Source: Scyliorhinus canicula
Taxonomy: Eukaryota
Length of the DNA: 64,000 nucleotides
Assembly: GCF_902713615.1 (NCBI RefSeq)
Contig: NC_052154.1
Coordinates: forward strand, 175,283,988 to 175,347,987
Reading direction: 5' to 3'
A program made the translations under genes and the position numbers. Positions within the stretch are counted from its first letter, which is position 1. Each line of letters begins with the position of its first letter. Below, one piece after another: positions 24,371 through 35,788 of this stretch. The notes beneath the pieces were generated by a model. The model did no database searches and was not told where the DNA came from. It saw nothing but the letters and a program-made list of their open reading frames with translations.

Positions 24371-25082
24371 GGGTGGGATTCTCTGACCCTCCGCCGGGTC
24401 GGAGAATCGCCGGGGGGGGGGGGGGGGGGGGGGCAGCGGGAGTCCCGCCCCCGCCGGCTGCCGAATTCTCCAGCGCCGGAGAATTGGCTGGGGCGGGAAT
24501 CGCGCTGCGCCGGTCGGTGGCCGCTCGCAGCCCCCCCCCCCCCCCCCCCGGCGGTTCTCCGACCCCGCGATGGGCCAAAGTCCTGCCCGCTCTATGCAGG
24601 TCCCGCCAGTGTAAATTAGAGTTGGTCCCTTACCGGCGGGACCTGGCGGCGTGGGCAGGCTCCGGGGTCCTGGGGGGGCACAGGGCGATCTGGCCCCGGG
24701 GGGTGCCCCCACGGTGGCCTGGCCTGCGATCGGGGCCACCGATCCGCGGGCGGGCCTGTGCCGTGGGGGCACTCTTCCTATGCGCCGGCCGTGTAAGCCT
24801 CCGCGATGGCTGACGCAAAGGTGAACACCCCCTGCGCATGCCGCTGACTCTCCTGCACATGCGCGGACCTGTGCTGGCCGGCGGATTCCCTTGGGCCCCG
24901 GGCTGGCGCAGCACCAAAGGCCTTCCACGCCGGCTGGCGCGGCGCAAATCACTCTGGTGCCGGCGTAGCCCCTGACGGTGCGGAGGATTCCGCACCTTTG
25001 GGGCGGCCCGACGCCGGAGTGGTCCAGGCCACTCCGTCCCGGCGGGACCCCCCGCCTCGCCGGGTACGGGAGAATCCCGCCC
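24371..25082. mobile_element. GC-rich TIR element inserted in a minus-strand CR1 RT fragment spanning about 23880-25290
   Basis: TIRs GGGTGGGATTCTC ... GAGAATCCCGCCC. The CR1 reading KSCLTNLIEFYEEVT is interrupted at 25082. Confidence 0.8.
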
Positions 25083-25644
25083 GTGGTCACCTCTTCATAA
25101 AATTCAATCAAGTTGGTCAGACACGACTTCCCCTCAATAAAACCAAGCTGTCTGTTCTTGATTAATCCCTGCCTCTCCAAATACACATGAATTCTGTCTC
25201 TCAGAATTGCTTCCAATAGTTCCTCCGCTGCTGAGGTTAGACTGACTGGCCAGTAGTTTCCTGATTTATGCCTTCCCCCTTCAGGCCATGTGATGACACT
25301 TCAAATTGCATAAACAGTTATGTAATAATCAAGAGAATGAAAGTATTGTGACCAATTAACTGCTGCTTGGACTCCTCTTTGCTGATTTTGGGTAATGTCA
25401 TTTTAGGTGTTGCTGTATTGTGAGATTGGATTTAATGTATTGTGTAGGTAGCAGAGGGAAATGAGGGAATGGCAGTGTAAAGAGGGTATGAGGAAAGCGA
25501 GTGTGAAGTAGGGTCGAGGCGTATGAGGGAAATTTAAGGTATACAAAACCAGTTTGGACCAGTATTCTTATTTCACTATTTTTTACCTTCTGTGTCCTGA
25601 GTAGAGGTATCCTGTTCACCTGCTCCCACAGCGAGAACTTTCTC

Positions 25645-26037
25645 CGTGTATCAGTGCGTGTTTTTGCCCAATTGTCTGCCAGTGTTTGTGTGTCTGTTTG
25701 GAGTCAGTGGTTTTGTCTCTGTCTACAGCCAGCGTCTCTGTCTACCTGTCTACAGCCAGTGCACATGTCTCTGTCTGCAGCCAGTGTGTGCCTTTGTCTG
25801 CAACCAATGTGAATGGCTTTGTTTGCAGCCAGTGTGTGTCTTTGACTACAACCAATGTGTGCTTCTCTGTCGACAGCCAGTGTATGTGTTTACACGTGTC
25901 TGCAGCCAGTACCTCTGTCTATCTGTCTGCACGCAGTATGTGTGTCTCTGCAGCAAATGAGTAAGTCTCTGTCTGCAGTCAGTGCGTGTGTGTCTCTGTC
26001 TATCTGTCTCCAGTCATTGTGTGTGCGTCTCTGTCTA
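25645..26037. repeat. Degenerate GT/CT-rich tandem repeat (about 25-30 bp unit GTGTGTCTCTGTCTGCAGCCA)
   Basis: Recurrent motif over about 400 bp. Confidence 0.8.
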
Positions 26038-27441
26038 TGATGCGCTATCAATTGTACTAAAGACTCGAATGGGTACCAAAGAGGCTTTATTACAGTTAGA
26101 TGTTTGTCCTCCGACTGCAGCTGGTAGAATGGCTGCTCAGGAGAACTCATGCATATTTATACGGCTCCTTGTGGGCGGAGCTAGACGGCAGGGGCTACCG
26201 GCGAACCTGTAGTATAGGTACTACTGTACATCCCCTAATACAGGCACACGCACAATTACACAGTGGATCACCACATTCACCCCCTGTTAAAAATGAGTCC
26301 GGCAGGGGTGGCATGGAACAATATACATGATTGTGAATTATTTACAGAGGGGAGGGAAAAAAATATGTGTCCATCTTGTAACCCGGTGCCCGTCAGAGGT
26401 TAAGTCTGTTCGGTGGTCTGACGGTTCGCTGGGAGCGACGTAACAGTGGTGGCGATGTCTGTACAGGCGGCGGCGGCGTCGTCGGCGTCGGTGCTGGCGG
26501 TGTTGGTGCTGGCGGTGTTGGTGCTGGCGGTGTTGGTGCTGGCCAGTAGCTGGATGACTCTGGGAGCGTGCCAAAATCTTCCTCGTCCTCTAGCGTGGGC
26601 AGGGGAAGGAGGGATGGACCTGGTGGGGCTAATGCTGGGAGCGCTGGGGGAGGGGAGGGTGGCGCGTGGGTGGGGAAGTGTATGGGAGTGGAACCTGAGG
26701 GACCAAGGTCCCTGAGCGAGACCGTATCCTGGCGGCCGTCGGGGAACTCCACGTAGGCATACTGGGGGTTAGCGTGGAGCAGGCATACCCTGTCCACCAA
26801 GGGGTCCGCCTTGTTGAGGCGGACATGCCTACGCAGTAGAACCGGTCCTGGAGCTGCGAGCCAAGTCGGGAGCGACACCCCGGATGTGGACTTCCTAGGG
26901 AAGGTAAAAACACGTTCATGGGGTGTGTTTTTCGTGGCAGTGCACAGTAGCGACTGGATGGAGTGCAGTGCATCCGGGAGGACCTGCTGCCAGCGAGCAA
27001 CTGGGAGGTTCCTGGACTGTAGGGCCAGCTGGACGGCCCTCCATTGCCCGTTTCCCCAGGGGTTGTATCTGGTCGTCCTGCTGGAGGCGATACCCTGCTG
27101 AGCAGGAACTGACGCTGCTCATCGCTCATGAATGAGGATTCCCTGTCGCTGTGGATGTAGTCGGGGAAACCGAACAGAGCGAATATGGAGTCGAGGGCCT
27201 TGATGACGGTGGCAGACATCATATCGGGGCATGGGGTGGCGAATGGGAACCTGGAGAATTCATCGACCACACTAAGGTGTTGCGGTCGGTGGAGGGGAGG
27301 GGCCCTTTGAAATCCACACTGAGGCGTTCAAAGGGGCGGGATGCTTTTACCAGGCGCGCGCAGTCTGGCCGGTAGAAGTGTGGCTTGCACTCCGCACAGA
27401 CCTGGCAGTCTCTGGTGACTGTCCGTACTTCCTCGACAGAG
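26038..27441 (-). mobile_element. Ty3/Gypsy element A: integrase remnant, PPT and 3' LTR (26038-26275)
   Basis: CQVCAECKPHFY, SVDFKGP and HSDRE motifs, PPT at 26276-26285, LTR TGTGGTG...GCGCATCA. Confidence 0.9.
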
Positions 27442-30400
27442 GTTGCTGAAGGAAGGGGTCATCGAGGGCAGCAACAGTCCCTGGCGAGCCCAAGTGCTGG
27501 TGGTCCGGACTGGGGAGAAAAACCGGATGGTCATCGACTATAGCCAGACCATCAACCGGTTTACGCAACTGGACGCGTATCCTCTCCCCCGTATTTCCGC
27601 CATGGTAAACGATATCACGAAATACAAAGTCTTCTCCACTGTGGACCTCAAGTCCGCCTATCACCAGCTCCCCATCCGCGCGAGTGACCGCAAGTACACC
27701 GCTTTCGAGGCTGATGGGCGCCTCTACCACTTCCTCAGGGTTCCATTTGGTGTCACAAATGGGGTCTCGGTCTTCCAACGGGAGATGGACCGAATGGTCG
27801 ATAAGTACGGATTACGAGCTACCTTCCCATACCTCGATAATGTCACCATCTGCGGCCACGACCAGCAGGACCAAGACACCAACCTCCGAAAATTTCTCCA
27901 AACCGCAAAACTCCCTAACCTCGCTTACAATAAGGATAAGTGCATGTTTAGCACCGACCGTCTAGCCATCCTCGGCTACGTAGTGCGTAACGGAGTGATA
28001 GGCCCCAACCCTGAACGCATGCGCCCCCTGATGGAACTCCCTCTCCCCAATACCCTCAAATCCCTCAAACGCTGCCTGCGGTTCTTCGCTTACTACGCCC
28101 AATGGGTTCCCGATTACGCCGACAAGGCCCGTCCCCTCATTCAAACCACGACCTTCCCGCCGTCGTCGGAGGCCTGCCAGGCCTTTAGCCGCATCAAAGC
28201 GGACATCGCAAAGGCCACGATGCACGCCATCGACGAGTCCCTCCCCTTCCAGGTCGAGAGCGACGCATCAGAAGTAGCTCTGGCAGACACCCTGAACCAA
28301 GGGGGCAGACCCGTGGCCTTCTTCTCCAGAACCCTCCAGGCCTCCGAACTCCGCCAATCCTCAGTGGAAAAGGAAGCCCAGGCCATAGTCGAAGCTGTGC
28401 AACATTGGAGGCCCTATTTGGCCGGCAGGACGTTTACCCTCCTCACAGACCAACGGTCAGTAGCCTTCAGGTTCGATAATGCAGAGAGGGGCAAGATTAA
28501 GAATGATCTTACGGTGGTGGACCGAGTTGTCCACGTACAACTATGAGATCTGTATCGTCCTGGGAAGCTCAATGAGCCTCCTGATGTCCTGTCCCGCGGT
28601 ACCTGCGCCAGCGTGCAGATAGACCGCCTCCGCTTCCTCCACGCGGACCTCTGCCATCCAGGGGTGACCCGTTTCTACCATTTCATAAAGGCCCGCAACC
28701 TGTCTTTCTCCATCGAGGAACTCAGGACAGTAACCCGTGACTGCCACATCTGCGCAGAGTGCAAACCGCACTTCTACCGCCCCGAGCGCGCGCATCTGAT
28801 CAAAGCATCGCGCCCCTTCGATCGTCTCAGCATTGACTTCAAGGGGCCCCTTCCCTCTAGCAACCGCAACATTTACTTCCTGACGGTAATCGATGAATAC
28901 TCCCGCTTCCCCTTCGCCATTCCCTGCCCCAACATGACCACATCGACCGTTAAGGCCCTCCTCTCCATCGTCTCCCTGTTCGGCTACCCCGCATACATAC
29001 ATAGCGATCGGGGGTCCTCATTTATGAGCGATGAGCTGCGTCAATTCCTGCTCAACAGGGGCATTGCCTCTAGCAGGACGACCAGCTATAACCCTCGGGG
29101 TAACGGACAGGTCGAGCGGGAGAATGGCACCATCTGGAAGACCATACTACTGGCCCTCCGGTCCAGAGATCTCCCTATTTCCCGATGGCAAGAAGTTATC
29201 CCCAATGCCTTACATTCTATCCGCTCACTCCTCTGTACCACAACAAATCAGACACCTCATGAACGTCTTCTTGTTTTCCCCAGGAAGTCGTCCTCCGGCT
29301 GGATCCCCTCTCCCGACGTGGCTGGCCGCCCCCGGACCCATCTTGCTCCGGAAGCATGTGTGGGTGCACAAGTCCGACCCGTTGGTGGAACAAGTCCAGT
29401 TACTCCACGCTAACCCGCTGTATGCGTACGTGGAGTACCCCGATGGTCGGCAGGACACGGTCTCCCTCCGGGACCTGGCACCTGCCGACGTGCGGCCTTC
29501 CCCCCCTTCACCACAGACCCCCCACCTGTTTTTGTTCCCCCAGTGCCCCACCCAGGCCACCCCTCCCCCATCTATGGCGTCTCCGCCACCAGCCCGGGTG
29601 ACGGAGACAGTTCAAGGACCATCGCTCCCGGAGTCCAGGACATCAGCGGAACCACCACCATTGGCTGAACCAGCATCACGAACTCCACTGCGGCGGTCTG
29701 CCAGGACGTCAAGGGCAACGAAAAGGCTGATCGAGTCTATTTAACTTTCAACAACACCATGGGCCTTGTGTGGACAATATGTACTATTGTTAAATGTCTG
29801 GGCCAGTGGGAAGCCAAACTTTTTTGTTTCCTTCACTGGCTACTACTCATACCACCAGTCCCCCCCCCCCCCCCAGCTCTCGTTGATAACCCCCCCTCCC
29901 CCCCGGCTTCTTTCTCCGCAAGGGGTGAATGTGGTGGTATGATTTTAAAAAATAAATAAATTTAGATTCTCCAATTATTTTTTCCAATTAAGGGGCAATT
30001 TAGCGTGGCCAATCCACCTACTCTGCACATTTTTGGGTTGTGGGGGCGAAACCCACGCAGACACGGGGAGAATGTGCAAACTCCACACAGTGACCCAGAG
30101 CCGGGATCGAACCTGGCACCTCAGCGCCGTGAGGCGGTTGTGCTAACCACTAGGCCACCGTGCTGCCCTAATGTGGTGGTATGATTAACATAGCTGCCTG
30201 CCATTGGTGCAGAACACCGGCTTATCATTGGCCCTGGTCGGTCATGTGCCTCTCGACCGATTGGTTGAGACCAGTCATGTGACGGCGCCCCGATTGGTCG
30301 AGAGGCTGAGTTAACCCCGCCTCCAGTGCGGGGTATAAATAACCAGTACGCCCGGCGGTCGTCCATTTACTATAGTCGACCGCAGGGCTAACATCTAGCT

Positions 30401-30457
30401 TATTAAAGCCTTACTTTTGTACAGCGACTCATCTCGCGTTCAATTGATGGTTCATCA
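27437..30457 (+). mobile_element. Ty3/Gypsy element B: 5'-truncated pol (RT, RNase H, integrase), PPT and 3' LTR (29930-30457, split by a SINE)
   Basis: ORFs 27443-28546 (AYPLPRI, VDLKSAY, YLDN, ESDAS) and 28613-29413 (HHCC, IDFKGP, SDRG, VERENG). PPT at 29920-29929. LTR ends TTCATCA. Confidence 0.93.
29945..30169 (-). mobile_element. V-SINE inserted in LTR B with 17-bp TSD
   Basis: AATGTGGTGGTATGATT at 29928-29944 and 30170-30186. Confidence 0.93.
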
Positions 30458-33400
30458 GCCCACAAACGCTGCCTGGGGTTCTTTTCATACAACGCCCAGT
30501 GGGACAAGGCACGCCCACTCATTTTCCACCTATTTTCCCCTGACGGCCGAGGCTCAACAGGCCTTCGCCCGTATTAGAGCCGATATCGCCAAGGCCGGTA
30601 TGCAAGCAGTAGACGAGACGCTGCCCTTTCAAGTGTAAAGTGACGCATCAGACGTCGTCCTACCCGCCACCCTCAATCAGGCAGGCAGACCCGTGGCATT
30701 CTTTTCCCGCACCCTTCATGCCTCAGAAATGCAGGACTCATCTGTTGAAAAAGAGGCCCAAGCTATTGTTGAAGCTGTGCGGCATTGGAGGCATTACCTG
30801 GCTGGCAGGAGATTCACTCTCCTCACTGACCATCGAGCCGCCGACTACCCGCAACTCAACGCAGTCACGTTGGACCAGTTGCGTCCGAGGCACCTCCAGA
30901 GCTCGATGATGTCCGTTAAAATCAATGGATACAGGACACCGTGCCTCTTCTGGGAGCACCGAGAGCTTCGTACATCCTGACCTGGTAAGACGCTGTTCGC
31001 TCCCTATCTTCCCTGCACGGCAAACTATCTCCCTCGCCTGGGGATTGCACTCGGTCCACATACAAGGGCGCACCGTCACGACCCTAACGATTCAGGGTGC
31101 CAGCTACTCTAATTTCCAGCTGTACGTACTCCCCGACCTCTGCGCCCCACTCTTACTTGGGCTCGATTTCCAATGTAATCTCAAGAGCCTCAAACTCAGC
31201 TTCGGTGTACCCCTACCTCCACTTACTATCTGCAGCTTAGCGACTCTCAAAATCGACCCCCCTCCACTCTTCACTAATCTAACGGCTAACTGCAAACCAG
31301 TAGCCACTCGCAGCAGGCGGTACAGCCTGCTGGATAGAGTATTCATCAGAGCCGAAGTCCAGCGGCTCCCACGTGAGGGAGTCATAACGGCCAGTAACAG
31401 CCCCTGGAGAGCTCAGGTGGTGGTCGTCAAGACCGGGGAAAAGTTCCGGATGGTGGTTGATTATAGCGAAACCATTAACCGGTTCACGCACCTCGATGCG
31501 TACCCCCTCCCCAGAATTGCAGACATGGTCAACCAGATCGGCCAGTACCGCATATTCCCCACGGTGGATCTGAAGTCTGCTTATCGCCAGCTCCCAATCC
31601 GCCCGGAGGACCGCCACCACACGGCGTTCGAGGCAGATGGCCGCCTCTTCCATGTCCTCCGGGTCCCCTTTGGCGTCACGAATTGGGTCTTGGTGTTCCA
31701 ATGAACAATGGACCAAATGGTGGACCAGTACGGGCTGCGGGCCACGTTTCCGTACTTGGACAATGTCACCATCTGCGTGCGGCCATGATCAGCAGGACCA
31801 CGACGCCAACTTCCATCGATTTCTCCAAACCGCCCAGAAACTCAACCTCACCTACAATACGGAGAAATACGTTTTCCGCACTACCAGACTAGCCACCCTC
31901 AGCTATGTTGTGGAAAACGGAGTCCTGGGCCCCGACCCGGACCGTTTGCGCCCCGTCTTACAACTCCCTCTCCCTCATTGTCCCAGGGCCCTCAAGAGGT
32001 GCCTGGGATTCTTCTCTTATTACGCCCAGTGGGTCCCCCAGTATGCGGACAAAGCCCGCCCACTATTTAAGACCACACTCTTCCCACTGTCAGCTGAGGC
32101 CCGCCAGGCCTTCAACTGCATCAAGGAGGACATCACCAAAGCTGCCATGCGGGCGGTGGATGAATCCGTCCCCTTCCAGGTGGAGAGCGACGCCTCAGAA
32201 ATATTTGCCACTCTGAATCAGGCAGGGAGACCAGTAGCCTTCTTCTCCTGGACCCTCTCCGCTTCGGAACTTCGACACTCCTCAGTCGAGAAAGAAGCTC
32301 AAGCCATTGTGGAAGCCGTACGGCACTGGAGGCACTACCTCGCAGGTAGGAGGTTTACCCTCATCACCGACCAAAGATCGGTTGCCTTCATGTTTGACAA
32401 CTCGCAAAGGGGCAAAATAAAAAACGATAAAATCTTGCGGTGGAGGATCGAACTCTCCACCTATAATTATGATATCATATATCGACCGGGGAAGCTCAAC
32501 GAGCCCCCAGATGCCCTGTCCCGCGACACATGCGCCAGCGTGCAAGACGACCGCCTGAAGGCTATCCACAACGACCTCTGCCACCCAGGGGTCACCTGGC
32601 TTGCCCACTATGTCAAAGCCCAAAATCTGCCTTTCTCCACCGAGGAGGTAAAAGCCATCACCAGGGATTGCCCGATCTGCGCGGAGTGCAAACCGCACTT
32701 CTATAGACCAGACAAGGCCCACCTGGTAAAGGCTTCCCGGCTCTTTGAGCGCCTGAGCATCGATTTCAAAGGACCACTCCCCTCGACCAATCGAAATGTG
32801 TACTTTCTCAATGTCATTGATGAATTCTCTCACTTCCCTTTTGCCATCCCGTGCCCCGATATGACCTCCCACACAGTCATCAGAGCCCTGCACAGTCTCT
32901 TCACCCTGTTCGGTTTCCCCAGCTACGTACACAGTGACAGGGGTTCGTCCTTCATGAGCGACGAGCTGCGTCAGTACCTCCTCGACAAGGGCATTGCCTC
33001 GAGCAGGACTACCAGCTAAAACCCCAGGGGGAACGGGCAGGTGGAGAGGGAGAATGCGACGGTCTGGAAGACCGTCCTACTGACCCTCCGGTCCAGGAAT
33101 CTCCCAACCTCCCACTGGCAGGAGGTCCTCCCCGACGCGCTCCATGCAATTAGGTTCCTCCTATGCACCGCCACCAACCAGACCCCCACGAACGATTAAT
33201 TTATTTACCTAGGGGCACTATCACGGGGGCTTCGCTCCCATCCTGGTTGAGGACACCGGGCCCGGTTCTCCTCCGGAAGCACGTCCGGGCACACAAAACT
33301 GACCCACTAGTAGAGAGGGTGCTACTGCTACACTCGAACCCCCACTACGCCTTTATTGAATACCCCAACGTCCGTCAGGACACCATTTCCCTCCGGGACC

Positions 33401-33955
33401 TGGCACCTGTAGGATCCACCACCACCACCACCGGCCCCTCACACTACACCCCACCCAACTCCCCACGCCCTGCGCCCCCGCGCCTATAGGTTTCCTGCAC
33501 CCCTCTTCGACCGTCGCACCGATCAGGAACGAAGCTCGGACGGAAACACCCCCGGAGTCCACCCTCATACCCACACCGACCGTCACTGCCCAACCACCCG
33601 AAGAGGCTGCAACCCCGGTGCTCCGCCGATCCCAAAGGATGACTCGGCCACCGGACCGGCTCAACCTGTAGACCTGTCACCCCCGCCGGACTTGATTTTT
33701 TACAGGGGGTGAATGTGGTGAATGTAATTCACACTGTATTGTATTGCATTGTATTATGTCCTTGTGGGCTCTGTATGTGAGCCGTTGTGCGGCTCTGCCC
33801 ATAGGGGGAGATGAGGGGCTTGTACAGGGCTCCACCCTTGGCTCCGCCCATGGCCCCTCCCACTACCAGAAGTATAAAGTGCTGCAGCCGTGTGAGCCTG
33901 CCCTCAGTTCTTCTGGTCGCAGGCAGGCTCTGTTGTAAGACTATTAAAACCACAT
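30458..33955 (+). mobile_element. Ty3/Gypsy element C: stray RT/RNase H piece, then protease, RT, RNase H, integrase, PPT and a 3'-truncated LTR (33714 to about 33955)
   Basis: ORFs 30925-31704 and 31637-33019 with frameshifts and stops. Protease DSG motif deleted. PPT at 33704-33713. Confidence 0.9.
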
Positions 33956-34679
33956 GGGTAAACAAGTGGAAACTTGTTAAAGAATCCACCATTTTGAGGA
34001 TCTGCAGGATGTATTGAGGGCTAAACAGAGTGCAGCATGGATCCAACTTTTTGGCAATAAGCTCAATCTCTGCAGTTCACATCTCTTCTGCTTGTTTCAT
34101 GTCCATATGAGGATCATAGTGTGTGTCAGCGTTTGTGTTGATGTTTGCTGCACCAAAGTCAAAGAAAACCCTCAAGATTGTGATTATTATTTTTTATTTC
34201 AGTAAATTTATTAGCACCACTGTAAAGTTAGTAACAGATGTTTTAAAAAGCATAGCACCAAAAGTAAACCAGTATTCAAATTCTTCAAAACTTGTTTTGT
34301 GCTCCAGATAGTAGGCTCTGGGCAGGAACACCAAAGAAATGTTGCAGCTAAATTTACAAAATAGCAAATGTTCATTGAACAAATCTCTTGCGTTTCTTCA
34401 CAGCATCATTTAGAAATTAGTCCCTGTCTATAAAATATTGATTATTATTTTATAAACGGTCCCGCTCTGGGACACTATACACTGAGAATTTTGTGCAATT
34501 TATAGCAAAGTAGAACTAAAATCAGCGAATAGCGAGGAAAACTGAGTTAATGTTCCAGGTTAATGACAGAATATTTTGATTCTACCTTTCTGAATTTTTG
34601 TTCTGATGAAAGATCATCAGCCTCTCCCCGCAGACACTGCCTGACCTGCTGAGTATTTCAGACTTGCAGATGAGTATAG

Positions 34680-35321
34680 AATAACAGAGCATTTACAGCA
34701 CAGAAGATCATTCGGCCCATCGTGTCTTTGGTGGATTTCTGAAGGAGCAAAACATCTCCTGTCGCTCTCCTGCTATCACCCCGTAGCCCTGTGCATGCTC
34801 CCATTTCAGATCATAATCAAGTTCCCTCTGAAAGCCTCGATTGAATCTGCTTCTACCACAATCTCAGACAGTACATTCCAGATGCAAGCCACTCGTTGAG
34901 CAAAAAGGTCTCTCTTCATGTCGTCATTTCTACTTCTGCCAGTTATCACAAATCTGTGCCCTTTGCTTCTTGATCCTCCTGCCAGTCATAGAGCCATAGA
35001 ATCACGACAGTGCGGAGGGAGGCCATTCGGCCCATTGAGTCTGCACCCACCCTCCAAAACAGCACCCTTCCTAGGCCCATGCCCCAACCTATCCCTGTAA
35101 CCCCACCTAACCTTTTGGACACTAAGGGACAATTTAGCATGGCCAATCCACCTAACCTGCACATCTTTGGACTGTGGGAGGAAACCGGAGCACCCGGAGG
35201 AAACCCACGCAGACACGGGGAGAACGTGCAAACTCCACACAGTCACCCCAAGGCCAGAATTGAACCTGGGTCCCTGGCGCTGTGAAGCAGCAGTGCTAAC
35301 CACTGTGTCACTGTGCTGCCC
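34680..35321 (-). mobile_element. CR1 3' fragment plus V-SINE (34987-35321) just downstream of the RAG2 stop
   Basis: LGLFSLGKMRLRGNLI and the SINE consensus. Confidence 0.75.
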
Positions 35322-35788
35322 CAATAGGTACACTTTCTCCAGATCTGACCCCTCATGATTTTCTAATGCCGCTATCAAATTTCCTCTGAGCCTCATCTTC
35401 CCCAAGGAAAACAGACCGAGATTCTCCAATTGACCTACACCCCTGAGACCATTCTCGTCAATCTTTTCTGCATCCTCTCTAACGCCAGCAGTATTTTGCT
35501 TTTGTAGAGTATAAAGGTATCAGGTGCCAATTCTATTACATCCTTTGTTAAATAGGAAAATGGACATCGTTTGTGTCTTGGTACATGTCGACTATGCAAT
35601 GCTCAGACACACTGAGATCATTTTTAGCTCAATATGTGTCTTGTACTGCGTATATAAAGCACACACAGTTATGTTGGGTGTTTGTATATAGGAATAAGTT
35701 TAAAATCAGAGTGCACACGTATTGCCATGACCCCAAATGTTAAATTCTATGTTTGCTGCAAATTGTCAATCATTACTAAGCCCAGATT

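Noticed and set aside
24356-25216. 286-aa ORF and many overlapping ORFs in GC-rich blocks (also 18467-18977, 48652-49266, 52768-54035)
   Set aside because: These are stop-poor TIR elements, here fused to a CR1 fragment, and are not host genes.
26446-26560. 15-bp tandem repeat GTGCTGGCGGTGTTG
   Set aside because: It is an in-frame PAPTP expansion in the Pro-rich tail of the dead Gypsy A integrase, not an independent feature.
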